Assembly (NCBI GenBank): GCA_963697335.1
Contig: CAVONQ010000018.1
Coordinates: forward strand, 288,001 to 352,000
Length of the DNA stretch: 64,000 nt
Direction: 5' to 3'
Source: an uncultured cyanobacterium
GTDB lineage: Bacteria > Cyanobacteriota > Cyanobacteriia > PCC-6307 > Cyanobiaceae
Part shown: positions 37,208-47,368 of the stretch, in pieces
How the letters are laid out: every line of letters begins with the position of its first letter
Position numbering within the stretch: position 1 is the stretch's first letter
Made by a program: the position numbers and the translations under genes
Notes under the pieces: model-generated
Databases searched by the model: none
The model's input: only the letters and a program-made list of their open reading frames with translations
What the model was told of the DNA's origin: nothing

Positions 37208-37759
37208 TCAGGGCAGAGCGCTGGCCGTGGCCGCCAGCTCGTCGAGCAGAAACAGGCTGCGCAGTTCCAGGCCGACGGCCGTCATGGCCTCAAGACCCCC
37301 CTCCTGCCGGTCCACGATGGTCACCACCCGCTCCACCGTGTAGCCCGCCTCCCTCAGCTGGTGCACCGCCTGGAGCGAGGAGCCGCCGGTGGTCACCACG
37401 TCCTCCAGCACGGTGATCCGGCTGCCGGGCGCCGGCAGGGGACCCTCCAGCCAGGCGCCCGTGCCATGGCCCTTGGCCTGTTTGCGCACGATCAGGGCCG
37501 CCAGGTCCCGGCCCTCCAGGGCGGCCCGCAAGGCCACGGCGCTCACGAGCGGATCCGCCCCCAGGGTGAGTCCGGCCACGGCCGCCGCCTCGTCTTCCAC
37601 CTCGGCCAGCATCAGGGATCCGAGCAGGGCCAGCCCCACGCCGCTGAGGCTCACGGGCTTGCAGTTCACGTAGTGGTCGCTGCTGCGACCCGAGGCCAGG
37701 GTGAAACTGCCGTGCCTGTAGGCCTGGTGGGCCAGGCGCTGTAGAAGTTCCTGGCGCAT
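37208..37759 (-). CDS. pyrE: Orotate phosphoribosyltransferase (start may be slightly upstream)
   Basis: [46 protein letters not shown]. Confidence 0.95.
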   Translation of the reverse strand: MRQELLQRLAHQAYRHGSFTLASGRSSDHYVNCKPVSLSGVGLALLGSLMLAEVEDEAAAVAGLTLGADPLVSAVALRAALEGRDLAALIVRKQAKGHGTGAWLEGPLPAPGSRITVLEDVVTTGGSSLQAVHQLREAGYTVERVVTIVDRQEGGLEAMTAVGLELRSLFLLDELAATASALP

Positions 37760-37896
37760 GACCAACGGCGTTGCGGACGGGGCCAGACAGGTGGGGGGAG
37801 AGGGCAAGAGCACGGCTTGGCGATGAACAGGCGGTTCGCTGTGGAAGAAACGAATCACAGTGGGTAGTCTGCGCTGTAAGTGGCATGGGCATGGGG

Positions 37897-38505
37897 ATGG
37901 ACGCGCGCGCAAGGCTCCTGATCCGGCTGCGGGGTGGCGGACCCGGTTCCGACCACCTCACCGCGCCTGCCGGACTGGTCGTATCCGCCGGACTGGCCGC
38001 TTCGGTGGGGCTGCTCGCTGGTGCATTGGTGAGCGCCGAGCCTGCCCAGGCCGGCCCGATGATCTGCACCACCACCCTGGAGGCTCCCCTTGATCAGCCC
38101 TCCCGACCGGGTCTGCCCCCGGCTCCGGTGGAAGTCACCCGTTGCAACGCCCTGCAGACGGTGCCCGACCTGGTGCAGCGTCGCTACTACAGCTACACCG
38201 CTCCCTTCGCCCAGGCCGTGAGCCTCGGCAACCAGATCACCGAGCTGTTTGGCATCGCCATGGGTGGTGGCGATGGCACCCGGGTGATGGGCCTCGGCTT
38301 TTCCGACCAGGCGATCGTCTGGGACAGCACGGCGATCGAAAACACCTTGCGGGCCCTGAACGAGCGTCAGAGCGACCCCATGCCGCTGCGCACGGCGGAT
38401 GTCTCGAGTGGCTTCAACGGCAACCTCGGCTCTGAGCAGGCCCTGCCCACGGCATGGCAGGACCCTGGGCCCACCTGGTCGCCGCCGGTTCGCGGCCTCT
38501 GGTGA
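37897..38505 (+). CDS. Hypothetical exported protein
   Basis: Signal-like hydrophobic segment ending [15 protein letters not shown], then VEVTRC and [10 protein letters not shown]. No function recognised. Confidence 0.6.
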   Translation: MDARARLLIRLRGGGPGSDHLTAPAGLVVSAGLAASVGLLAGALVSAEPAQAGPMICTTTLEAPLDQPSRPGLPPAPVEVTRCNALQTVPDLVQRRYYSYTAPFAQAVSLGNQITELFGIAMGGGDGTRVMGLGFSDQAIVWDSTAIENTLRALNERQSDPMPLRTADVSSGFNGNLGSEQALPTAWQDPGPTWSPPVRGLW

Positions 38506-38548
38506 GGCCGGCTGGAACCGAGCGATCCACGGCCTCAAGCCATTCCTC

Positions 38549-38621
38549 GGGGGTCTAGCAATCTGGTGAATGCAGCGGGCTCATAATCCGCCTTAGGCGA
38601 GTTCGATCCTCGCGACCCCCA
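38549..38621 (+). tRNA. tRNA with CAT anticodon (probably tRNA-Ile2, lysidine-modified; Met not excluded)
   Basis: Acceptor stem GGGGGTC/GACCCCC+A, anticodon arm GCGGG-CTCATAA-TCCGC, T arm GCGAG-TTCGATC-CTCGC. Confidence 0.9.
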
Positions 38622-38743
38622 TGTCGGCTGGGCGCCTCCGGCGGCTACCGGCCTTAGCGTCAACAGACGACCGCCCCCCAAGGACGCCCTCTCCGCGTGC
38701 CCCACCCGCTGTTTCCTCCTCCTCGGCCGGCCCGGCTGCCCGC

Positions 38744-40087
38744 TTGGTGATCCTGCTGCTAGCCCTGCCGGTTCTGGTGCTGCTGCAGGCTTTCTTCTCG
38801 GCCGGCGAGCTGGCGGTGATCAAGCTGCGCCCCAGCCGTGTGAGCCAGCTGCTCGAGAGTGGCGAACCCGGGGCCAGGGCCGTGGCGGCACTGCAGCGGC
38901 GGCTGCGGCGGGTGCTGGTGGCCACCCAGCTCGGCGCCGTGCTGGCCCTGGTGGCGATCGGCTGGGCTGGACGCACGGTGGCCGATCGGCTCACCGAGGC
39001 CTGGGCGGCCCTCGGGCTCCCCGCCGCCTGGCTGGATGGGGGGGTGTTCCTGGCCCTGGTGCTTGGGGCCACCGTGCTCGGCGGCCTGGCCCCCAAGGCC
39101 TGGGTGCTGCACAGCCCCGAGGGCTCGGCCCTGCGCCTCTCTCCCTTGCTGGTGGCGGTCAGCAGGAGCCTGGCCCCGGTGATCGGCCTGATCGAGCGGA
39201 TGTCGGCCGTCGTGCTGCGGCTGCTGGGCCTGCCCCGCAACTGGGATGAGCTGGTGCCGATGCTGTCGGCCGGTGAACTGGAAACCCTGATCGAATCGGG
39301 CAGTGTCACCGGGTTGATGCCCGATGAGCGCAACATCCTCGAGGGGGTGTTCTCCCTGCGCGACACCCTGGTGCGGGAGGTGATGGTGCCCCGCTCCGGC
39401 ATGGTCACCCTCCCCATCGACGTGACCTTCGCGGAGCTCATGCGGGCGGTGCATGACACGGCCCACGCCCGCTTCCCGGTGCTGGGCACTTCCCTCGATG
39501 ATGTGAAGGGTCTGCTGGATCTGAGGCGCCTGGCCGATCCGATCGCCCGGGGACTGCTGAGCCCCGACACCCCCCTGGCCCCCTATGTGGTGCCGGTGGC
39601 CCAGGTACAGGAGAGCACCCCCCTGGCCGAGCTGCTGCCCCTGATCCGCAGCGGCCAGCCGCTGCTGGTGGTGGTGGATGAGCATGGCGGCACCGAGGGT
39701 CTGGTCACCGTGGCTGACCTCACCAGCGAGATCGTCGGGGATGACGACGATCCCCAGGAGCGGCTCGACGAGCTGCAGCAGCTCCGGGAGGGCTGCTGGT
39801 TGGCGGTGGGGGATCTCGAGATCGTGGAACTGAACCGACAGCTGCCCGTGCCCCTGCCGGAGGCGGAAGGCCATCACACCCTGGCGGGCTTTCTCCTGGA
39901 GCGGTTGCAGCACATCCCCGCCGCCGGCGAGAGCCTGCGCTGGAATGGCTACCACTTCCGCATCCTGGCCATGGAGGGTCCCCGGATCGCCCAGGTGGAG
40001 ATCGAGCGGCGCCCCGACAGCAGCCCGACCGCGGCAGCCCAGGACGCTGATGGCTCAGAACGGCAGCAGGGGAGCGGCGATCATTGA
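38744..40087 (+). CDS. Hemolysin-C/CorC family CNNM-CBS membrane protein
   Basis: AFFSAGELA, TQLG, APK, VREVMVPR, HARFPV, VVDEHGGTEGLVT, HTLAGFLL (CorC domain). Confidence 0.9.
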   Translation: MVILLLALPVLVLLQAFFSAGELAVIKLRPSRVSQLLESGEPGARAVAALQRRLRRVLVATQLGAVLALVAIGWAGRTVADRLTEAWAALGLPAAWLDGGVFLALVLGATVLGGLAPKAWVLHSPEGSALRLSPLLVAVSRSLAPVIGLIERMSAVVLRLLGLPRNWDELVPMLSAGELETLIESGSVTGLMPDERNILEGVFSLRDTLVREVMVPRSGMVTLPIDVTFAELMRAVHDTAHARFPVLGTSLDDVKGLLDLRRLADPIARGLLSPDTPLAPYVVPVAQVQESTPLAELLPLIRSGQPLLVVVDEHGGTEGLVTVADLTSEIVGDDDDPQERLDELQQLREGCWLAVGDLEIVELNRQLPVPLPEAEGHHTLAGFLLERLQHIPAAGESLRWNGYHFRILAMEGPRIAQVEIERRPDSSPTAAAQDADGSERQQGSGDH

Positions 40088-40115
40088 TAATTCACGCGGT
40101 CTGCACGCCCCTGCC

Positions 40116-41108
40116 ATGAACCCTGTGCGCGTGGGTGTCATCGGCATCGGCAACATGGGCTGGCACCACGCCAGGGTGCTGAGCCTGATCAAGGATGCCC
40201 ACCTGGTGGGGGTGGCCGACCCGGATGCCCGACGGGGCGCCCTGGCCACCGACCAGTTCGGCTGTCCGTGGCACGCCGGCTTCGAGGAGCTCCTGCCCCT
40301 GGTGGACGCGGTCTGCATCGCCGTGCCCACCCTGCAGCACCACGCCGTGGGGATGCGCTGCCTGGAGGCCGGCAAGCACGTGCTGATCGAGAAGCCGATC
40401 GCCGCCAGCCGCGACGAGGCCGCCGCCCTGATCAAGGCCGCCGAGGCCGCGGGGGTGCTGCTTCAGGTGGGCCACATCGAGCGCTTCAATCCCGCCTTCC
40501 GCGAGCTGATGAAGGTGGTGGCCAGCGAGGAGGTGGTGGTGCTGGAGGCCCGCCGCCACAGCCCCCATCCCGACCGGGCCAACGACGTGTCCGTGGTGCT
40601 GGACCTGATGATCCACGACATCGACCTGGTGCTGGAGCTGGCCGGTGCGCCGGTGGTGCGCCTGGCGGCGGCGGGGGGCCGCTCCGCCGAGGGCCCGATC
40701 GACTACGTCAACGCCACCCTGGCCTTCGCCAACGGGGTGGTGGCCAGCCTCACCGCCAGCAAGATGGCCCACCGCAAGATCCGCAGCCTCAGCGCCCACT
40801 GCCGTTCCTCCCTGGTGGAGACAGACTTCCTCAACCGCACCCTGCACATCCACCGCCGTGCCCACGAGACGGTGAGCGCTGAGCACGGCGAGCTCGTGTA
40901 CCGCTCCGACGGGGTGATTGAGGAGGTGAGCACCACCTCGATTGAGCCGCTCTACGCCGAACTCGAGCACTTTCTGCAGTGCGTGCGCGGTCGGGAGGTG
41001 CCGGCGGTGGATGGTCTGCAGGCGTCACGGGCGCTGCAGCTGGCCGATCTGATCGAGGAGTGCGTCGAGCAGCCCAGCCTCTCGATGACCCTGGAACAGC
41101 CGATCTGA
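40116..41108 (+). CDS. Gfo/Idh/MocA family oxidoreductase
   Basis: VGVIGIGNMG, HVLIEKPIA, VGHIERFNP, DLMIHDID. Confidence 0.92.
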   Translation: MNPVRVGVIGIGNMGWHHARVLSLIKDAHLVGVADPDARRGALATDQFGCPWHAGFEELLPLVDAVCIAVPTLQHHAVGMRCLEAGKHVLIEKPIAASRDEAAALIKAAEAAGVLLQVGHIERFNPAFRELMKVVASEEVVVLEARRHSPHPDRANDVSVVLDLMIHDIDLVLELAGAPVVRLAAAGGRSAEGPIDYVNATLAFANGVVASLTASKMAHRKIRSLSAHCRSSLVETDFLNRTLHIHRRAHETVSAEHGELVYRSDGVIEEVSTTSIEPLYAELEHFLQCVRGREVPAVDGLQASRALQLADLIEECVEQPSLSMTLEQPI

Positions 41109-41117
41109 GCTGCCTGC

Positions 41118-44100
41118 TCAGGCCTCCAGGGTGAGCTGGCGCAGGGCTTCGAGCTGCCAGGCGCGGCAGTCCGCCGGAGAGGCCTGGTAAAAAGCCTCCC
41201 AGGCTCCGGCCTTGAAGCGGCCGTAGTCCTCGGGCGGCACCTGGGGATGGCGCTGCTGCCAGCCCACCCGCACGGCATGGCCGATCACCACGTCGAGGGC
41301 GAGGTCGTCGTCGAAACGCACCTGGGGGTTCGCCCCCACGAAGGCCATCAGGGTCATCAGGGTTTCGGTGCAGAGCTGGCGGTATTCCGGGGCCTCGATC
41401 TTGCTGAGCAGGTGCTCGATCAGGGCGGCGAAGTTCTTCTCCCCGGGCGTTTTCTCACTCAGCAGCGGCCCGCTGGCCAGGCGGTTGCGCCGCTCCAGCT
41501 TGTCGCCGATCACGATGCCGCGGCAGTGGTGCAGCAGCTCCCAGATCCCGGCATAGAAGTGTCGCGGCACCTGGCTCAGGGCCCCCAGGCGGATGCGGTG
41601 CTGCAGCCAGTTCCCGGCCTTGGGCAGCTCCTCCAGCGGTGGCGGCACACTCCAGTGCACGCGCCCGCTCAGGTGCAGCTGCTCCTTGCGCATCAGCGAG
41701 GCCTTGGCGTGCTCCACATCCGCCAGCAGGGCCTGCAGGCGACGGCGAACGGCATGGGGGGGCTGGGCGCAGAGGGCCTCAAAGGCCTCACTGGGGCTGA
41801 GCTCGGCCGCGGCGGCCAGCTCACTGGTGAGCAGCAGGACCAGCTGGCCAAGCTGCAGGGTGAGACTGCCGCTGAGCAACCGGGGCTCATGGCGCGCCAG
41901 GCCGTCGAGGGCCAGCAGCAGCTCCTGCTGCAGCATCCACTCGCGGCTGTCCTCACCGCTGAAACGACGGATCATGGCGGCGATCGCGGCGCTTCCTTGG
42001 GGCTCGCTGAGCAGGGATTCGCCGGTGTAGTTCCGGCCCACCACCACCTGGCGCTGCCGCACCAGCAGGTCCGTGAGGGCATCCTCCAGCTGGGGGTGCA
42101 CCAGCTCCAGCCAGCCGGCCGTGCGGCGCACCACGTCCCAGTCGGCCTCCACAAGGGCCCGGTGGTATACCTCCTCCAGCAGCCTGCGCAGGGCCACCGG
42201 CTCGCTGCCTTGCGGCCCGTGCAGCCGCGCCCCCAGCCCGAGACGGCGCACCAGCTGCTCCAGCACCTCCGCCTGCTCTTCCAGGGAGGTGCTCTGCCAG
42301 AGGCGCTCGCCCAGCTCGCCGATGGAGAGATCGTCGCGTTCGAGGTCCTGTTCCTCTTCTGGTGAGAGCGGGGCCTGGCGCCTGCTGGCCTGCAGCGGCA
42401 GGTCAGCCGATGGCCCTGGCCCTGCCGCTGCGGCGCCTGTGGCCGCCTCGACGGGCAGCGACACCCACTGGGCCTGGTCGGCCAGGTCTTCGAGGCGGGC
42501 CAGCTGCACCGGCACGCCCCCCAGCTCTCCTGCCTGCAGCTGGGCCCCCAGGGCCAGAAACGCCTGCGGCTCCCGGCCGAAGACGGCGTCGGCCACCGGG
42601 ATCAGCAGCAGAGGTGCACCCTTGCCGCGCCACTGGCGCTGCAGCATGCGCAGCTCGGCCTGCACCGTGTCGATCAGCTGTTCGGCATCGTCGGCGAGAT
42701 AAAACGTGCCCTCCTCCAGCACCGCCGGCACGAAGGCCAGCTGCTCCTCGCCGCTGGCTCCAGGCCGGGGGCAGCGGTAGAGCCGCGCTGTGGCGAGGGT
42801 CTCTATGCGCACGGGTGGGTGTCCAGTGAGCCCCAGGCGCGGGTTGGCCCCCACCTGGGCCAGGCGCCGGCCGAGGGCCTCCGACCCCTGCACTGTGATC
42901 GGGCCGCCGCCCTGGTCGCCCTCGCCGCCGCTGCAGGGCAGGCCGTGCTGGGCCAGCACCGCGGCCACGGCGGCGCTGCCGGGCACCAGGGCCACCAGCA
43001 CCTGCTCCGCCCCCGCCGGCTCCGGCCTGCGGCGGCCGCTGGGGTCGAGGTCGGCGGGGGTGATCAGCCCGCCCAGCAGCAGGTCCCCCAGCCAGGTGAG
43101 GCTCTGGGTCCAGAGCAGCGGCACGTTGGCGTTCGGCTGGCGCGGCTGGCTGCCTGGCTGGCGTCGCTCCCGCTCCACGGCCTCCTGGGGCACCAGGTAG
43201 AGCTCCGGCAGCAGCGGCACCCCCCCATGAAGCACGCTCACGCTGGCCAGGCGGCCGCGCCACTGCCTGGCCTCGCTCCAGCGCTCCTCGCAGCAGGCCG
43301 TGACCAGCTCGTAGGCCCAGAACAGCGGCCATTCGCACTCGATGTGCTCGAACTGGGCCAGCTCTTCGCGCTCGTAGTGCAGGCGGGTGTGGTCTTCCAC
43401 CACGGTCTGGTGACCGTCGCGGCGGAAGCGCTTGTAGCCGTAGGCGCCGCCCAGCTCGGCGCGGATCTTGTTGCGGGTGCGCTCAGCCAGCTCGCGGTCT
43501 TCCACAGCCCAGGCGGGGTAGCCGATCACGGCCAGGCAGGCGGCATCCACCTCCTTGCTGCCGGATTCCCGCGGCAGCATGCCATCGAGGGCCCGGCGCA
43601 GGCGCACGATGGCGTCGTGGGGGATCACCAGGCAGCAGCTGCCATCGCCTTCGGGCCCGTAGAGATCGAGGTCGTCGAGGGCCTCAAGGGCCGCCTTCAC
43701 CAGCCCGATCGAGCTGGCATTGCGTTCCGGCAGACCGTGGTTGCCCTTGTCGCCGCGCTCCCAGATGCCGTAGTCGGCCACCCGGTAGGCCCTGGCCACG
43801 TAGTACACCAGGTTCTGCACGAAATCTCTTTCGTGGTTGCTGCGCACCACCACCAGGCCGCTGCGGGTGAGTTGGGCGAGCTGCAGCAGGAACAGGGCCG
43901 TGGCGTCGAGCTGCAGATGGCCCCAGCCGTCGTCGGGCACCACGGGGGCGCCGCTGCTGGTGTCGAACTTGGCGTGCAGGGCGTCGCGGCGGTCGAGGCT
44001 GTGCTTGAAGCGCTCCACCTTGGCGGCCTGACGCTCCATGGCGTTCAGCAGGCCCCGCATCAGCTGCAGCACCCGCTGCTCCAGCTCGAAGGCCCGCCGG

Positions 44101-44348
44101 CAAGGGCCCCGCAGCCGCCTGTGGGCCAGGGCCAGCCCCCACACGCACTGGATGGAGTAGACGCCATCGCGCACCCAGGCATCGCCATAGTTGCCGTGCA
44201 CGGTGTTGGCGGTGCTGGCCGGCAGCAGCCCGCTGATCGGGTCCTGCCGGTCCAGCACCACCGCGGAGATCTGCTGGTCCAGCTCCGCCAGCAGCTCGGC
44301 GGCAGTGTGGTCAACCATCGCCACCGGCCTGGGCGGCTTGGGGGCCAT
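41118..44348 (-). CDS. Glycoside hydrolase family 15-like / phosphorylase-kinase regulatory subunit-like protein
   Basis: QDPISGLLPAS, AWVRD, LHAKFD, WGHLQLDAT, DYGIWERGDK, PRESGSKEVDA, GYKRFRRDGHQT, IECEWPLF, IEAPEYRQL. Confidence 0.85.
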   Translation of the reverse strand: MAPKPPRPVAMVDHTAAELLAELDQQISAVVLDRQDPISGLLPASTANTVHGNYGDAWVRDGVYSIQCVWGLALAHRRLRGPCRRAFELEQRVLQLMRGLLNAMERQAAKVERFKHSLDRRDALHAKFDTSSGAPVVPDDGWGHLQLDATALFLLQLAQLTRSGLVVVRSNHERDFVQNLVYYVARAYRVADYGIWERGDKGNHGLPERNASSIGLVKAALEALDDLDLYGPEGDGSCCLVIPHDAIVRLRRALDGMLPRESGSKEVDAACLAVIGYPAWAVEDRELAERTRNKIRAELGGAYGYKRFRRDGHQTVVEDHTRLHYEREELAQFEHIECEWPLFWAYELVTACCEERWSEARQWRGRLASVSVLHGGVPLLPELYLVPQEAVERERRQPGSQPRQPNANVPLLWTQSLTWLGDLLLGGLITPADLDPSGRRRPEPAGAEQVLVALVPGSAAVAAVLAQHGLPCSGGEGDQGGGPITVQGSEALGRRLAQVGANPRLGLTGHPPVRIETLATARLYRCPRPGASGEEQLAFVPAVLEEGTFYLADDAEQLIDTVQAELRMLQRQWRGKGAPLLLIPVADAVFGREPQAFLALGAQLQAGELGGVPVQLARLEDLADQAQWVSLPVEAATGAAAAGPGPSADLPLQASRRQAPLSPEEEQDLERDDLSIGELGERLWQSTSLEEQAEVLEQLVRRLGLGARLHGPQGSEPVALRRLLEEVYHRALVEADWDVVRRTAGWLELVHPQLEDALTDLLVRQRQVVVGRNYTGESLLSEPQGSAAIAAMIRRFSGEDSREWMLQQELLLALDGLARHEPRLLSGSLTLQLGQLVLLLTSELAAAAELSPSEAFEALCAQPPHAVRRRLQALLADVEHAKASLMRKEQLHLSGRVHWSVPPPLEELPKAGNWLQHRIRLGALSQVPRHFYAGIWELLHHCRGIVIGDKLERRNRLASGPLLSEKTPGEKNFAALIEHLLSKIEAPEYRQLCTETLMTLMAFVGANPQVRFDDDLALDVVIGHAVRVGWQQRHPQVPPEDYGRFKAGAWEAFYQASPADCRAWQLEALRQLTLEA

Positions 44349-44421
44349 CTCGGACTGGGGCATGCGGGCAGCGGGGAGGGCCAGGGCTAGCCATAGATTC
44401 TCTCGCGCAGCGGCACACTCC

Positions 44422-45159
44422 ATGGCAGCAATGGCAACGGCAGCGCCAACCCCCGGCCGTCGCACGCGGGTGCTCGGCGTGCCCATCGACGCCTGCCTGG
44501 ATGTGCGGGCGGCGGCCCTGGCTCTGCATGCCGGCGGCGGCGGCCAGATCGTGACGCTCAATGCCGAGATGACCATGGCCGCCCTGGCGGACCCGGCCCT
44601 GGGCGCCGCGATCGCCGCCGCCGACCTGGTGATTCCGGATGGTGCCGGCGTGGTTTGGGCCCTTGGGCTCCAGGGACTGCGGGTGCGCCGCACGCCCGGG
44701 ATCGAACTGGCCCATGCCCTGCTGGAGCACGCCGCCAGGGTGGGTTGGCGCGTCGCCCTGGTGGGAGCCTCGCCCCAGGTGATGGGGCTGTTGCGTCAGC
44801 AGCTGCAGGCCACGCTGCCAGCCCTCCAACTGGTGCTGGCCGTGGATGGCTACCAACCCGATGGGGCCTGGCCAGGCCTCGAGCGCCAGCTGCTGGCCGC
44901 CCATCCGGATCTGGTGCTGGTGGCCCTGGGGGTGCCGCGCCAGGAGCTCTGGATCCAGGGGCTGGCGGGTCAGCGCAAGGGCCTGTGGATGGGGGTGGGC
45001 GGCAGCTTTGACGTGTGGGCCGGCATCAAGACCAGGGCACCGCGCTGGATGGGCAGGCTGCACATCGAGTGGCTATACCGGCTGATTCAGGAGCCGAGCC
45101 GCTGGCGCCGCATGCTGGCCCTGCCCCACTTCGTCTGGAAGGTGCTGAGCCAGGGCTGA
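44422..45159 (+). CDS. WecB/TagA/CpsF family glycosyltransferase
   Basis: IVTLNAEM, VIPDGAGVVW, PGIEL, ALGVPRQE, GVGGSFDV, RAP, EWLYRL.QEP.RWRR. Confidence 0.93.
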   Translation: MAAMATAAPTPGRRTRVLGVPIDACLDVRAAALALHAGGGGQIVTLNAEMTMAALADPALGAAIAAADLVIPDGAGVVWALGLQGLRVRRTPGIELAHALLEHAARVGWRVALVGASPQVMGLLRQQLQATLPALQLVLAVDGYQPDGAWPGLERQLLAAHPDLVLVALGVPRQELWIQGLAGQRKGLWMGVGGSFDVWAGIKTRAPRWMGRLHIEWLYRLIQEPSRWRRMLALPHFVWKVLSQG

Positions 45160-45162
45160 GCT

Positions 45163-45306
45163 TCAGCGGAAGCCCACGGAGGCCTGCCACACGAAGGCGA
45201 GCAGCAGAAAGAAGAAGGGGATGATCGGCAGGATGTCCACCAGGGGACCGAAGGCCTGGTAGGCCTCAGGCAGCTGGGCCAGGGTGGAGCCTGAAAGGGG
45301 GTGCAT
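45163..45306 (-). CDS. psbK: Photosystem II protein K
   Basis: Not in the ORF track. Manual translation [47 protein letters not shown]. Confidence 0.96.
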   Translation of the reverse strand: MHPLSGSTLAQLPEAYQAFGPLVDILPIIPFFFLLLAFVWQASVGFR

Positions 45307-45369
45307 CGAAGCGTTAGCGAGCAGCGCGGAGACGACCATCCCTGCAGATCCATCAGCGAGAGCCGGACG

Positions 45370-46506
45370 CTACCACGTGTGGGCGGCCGCGGAGTGCGGT
45401 TCCCAGGGAGCGAAATCCTCTGCAAAACAGCCCTCGCGGATCGCCTGGGCCATGGCGTTGCTGAACCGCTCCAGCTGGGTGATGTTGTGAAGGCTGAGCA
45501 GGATCCGGGCCAGCATCTCGCCGGCGCGGATCAGGTGGTGCAGGTAAGCCCGGGTGTGGCTGCGGCAGGCGGGGCAGGGGCAGCCACCGTCGAGGGGGGT
45601 GTGGTCGTGGCGGAAGCGGGCATTGCGCAGATTCCAGCGTTCACCACCCACCAGCGCCGTGCCGTGCCGGCCCAGACGGGTGGGAAGCACGCAGTCGAAC
45701 AGATCGAAGCCCTGGGCCACGGCCACGGCCATCTCCCGCAGGCTGCCCACCCCCATCAGGTAGTGGGGCGTGTGCTCGGGCAGCAGCGGGCCCACCTGGC
45801 GCACAATCCGATGCATCTCCTCCACCGGTTCGCCCACGCTCACCCCACCCACGGCGATGCCCGGCAGGTTCATGGAGGCCACCACCCGGGCTGACTCGGC
45901 CCGCAGCCGGGGGAAGCAGCCGCCCTGCACGATGCCGAACAAGGCCTGGCCGGGCTGCTGATGGCTGGTCAGGCAGCGCTCCAGCCAGGTATGGGTTCGG
46001 TGGCAGGCGGCCTCCACCTCGGCCTCGCTGGCCGGATAGGGGGGGCACTGGTCGAAGGCCATCGCCACGTCGGCGCCGAGGGCCATCTGGATCGCTATCG
46101 CCCGCTCCGGAGTGAGCACGATGCGGCTGCCGTCCCGGGGCGAGCGGAAGGTCACGCCGTCGTCGTCGATGCGGTTGATGCCGGCGAGGCTGAACACCTG
46201 GTAGCCGCCGGAGTCAGTGAGCAGGGGCCCGGACCAGCCCATGAACCGGTGCAGCCCGCCCGCTTCGGCCACGATGGCCTCGCCGGGCTGCAGGTGCAGG
46301 TGGTAGGTGTTGGCCAGCACCATCTCCGCCCCGGTGGCGGCCAGCTGGGGGGCCATGACCCCCTTGACCGTGGCCAGGGTGCCCACCGGCATGAAGCGGG
46401 GCGTGGTCACCGGCCCGTGGGGGGTCTGGAAGCAGCCACAGCGGGCCCGGGTGCGGGGACAGCGGGCTGTGGCCGTGAAGCTGAAGGGTGGCGGTGTGAA
46501 GCTGAT
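45370..46506 (-). CDS. tgt: tRNA-guanine transglycosylase (probable non-canonical start near 46506)
   Basis: [56 protein letters not shown], CxCxxC..H zinc site. Confidence 0.95.
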   Translation of the reverse strand: MSFTPPPFSFTATARCPRTRARCGCFQTPHGPVTTPRFMPVGTLATVKGVMAPQLAATGAEMVLANTYHLHLQPGEAIVAEAGGLHRFMGWSGPLLTDSGGYQVFSLAGINRIDDDGVTFRSPRDGSRIVLTPERAIAIQMALGADVAMAFDQCPPYPASEAEVEAACHRTHTWLERCLTSHQQPGQALFGIVQGGCFPRLRAESARVVASMNLPGIAVGGVSVGEPVEEMHRIVRQVGPLLPEHTPHYLMGVGSLREMAVAVAQGFDLFDCVLPTRLGRHGTALVGGERWNLRNARFRHDHTPLDGGCPCPACRSHTRAYLHHLIRAGEMLARILLSLHNITQLERFSNAMAQAIREGCFAEDFAPWEPHSAAAHTW

Positions 46507-46549
46507 GGGGCCGCGCCGGCGCTGCTCCGACGCTAGAGGTCGTCTGCCT

Positions 46550-47368
46550 GTGTCCAGGGAACCCCGCCACGCTGCACGCTCTGAGCCCGACTGGTTGCGG
46601 GACCTGGCTGGCGCCTGGATCTTCTACACCGTGCTGCCGGGCTGGCCCTGGATCCGCCCCCGCTTCGAGCGCATCGCCCGCTTCGCGCCGCTGATCGGCC
46701 TGGTGCTGGGCGGCCTGCAGGCCCTGGTCTGGCTGGGCACTGCCGGCTGGCTGCCGCTGGGGGCTCAGGTGCTCCTGGTGATCGCCCTCGCCCTGGGGCT
46801 CAGCGGTGGGCTCCACCACGACGGCGCCCTCGACACCGCCGACGGCCTGGCGGCTGGGCCCCGGGCCCTGGAGGCCATGGCCGACAGCCGGGTGGGCGCC
46901 GCCGCTGTGCAGGCGGCCCTGCTGCTGGCTCTGCTGCGGGGGGCCGGCTTGGTTTGTCTGGCGGGCGCGGCGCCCATGGCCCTGCTGTGGACGGGCTTCT
47001 GGGGACGGTTGTCGCCGCTGCTGGCGATGGCCAGCTTCCCCTACCTGCGCCAGGATCCCGCCGCCGGTGGCAGTGCCGGCTTCCACCGCCGGCACTGGCG
47101 AGGCCTGCCCCGGGAGCTGCTGCCGGCCCTGCTGGCGGGGGGGCTGGTGGCTGGCCTGGCGCTGGTTCTGGATCCGCCACCCGCCCCGGCAGCGGGCAGC
47201 TTCGGCTGGCTGCCGCTGCTGGGGCTGGTGCCCGCCGTTCTGGTGCCGTTCTGGCTAGGGCGCCGCCTCGGCGGCCACAGCGGCGACAGCTATGGCGCCT
47301 GCGTGGAGTGGAGTGAGGCCCTGGCCCTGCTGCTCATGGGGCTGGTGCTGCGGGCGCTGGCAGGGTGA
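46550..47368 (+). CDS. cobS: Adenosylcobinamide-GDP ribazoletransferase
   Basis: [46 protein letters not shown]. Confidence 0.92.
   Translation: MSREPRHAARSEPDWLRDLAGAWIFYTVLPGWPWIRPRFERIARFAPLIGLVLGGLQALVWLGTAGWLPLGAQVLLVIALALGLSGGLHHDGALDTADGLAAGPRALEAMADSRVGAAAVQAALLLALLRGAGLVCLAGAAPMALLWTGFWGRLSPLLAMASFPYLRQDPAAGGSAGFHRRHWRGLPRELLPALLAGGLVAGLALVLDPPPAPAAGSFGWLPLLGLVPAVLVPFWLGRRLGGHSGDSYGACVEWSEALALLLMGLVLRALAG

Noticed and set aside
38621..38743. ORF-track start of the hemolysin-family gene at 38621
   Set aside because: That ATG uses the tRNA discriminator base and the first 40 codons are low-complexity; the start is more likely TTG/GTG at 38744-38747.
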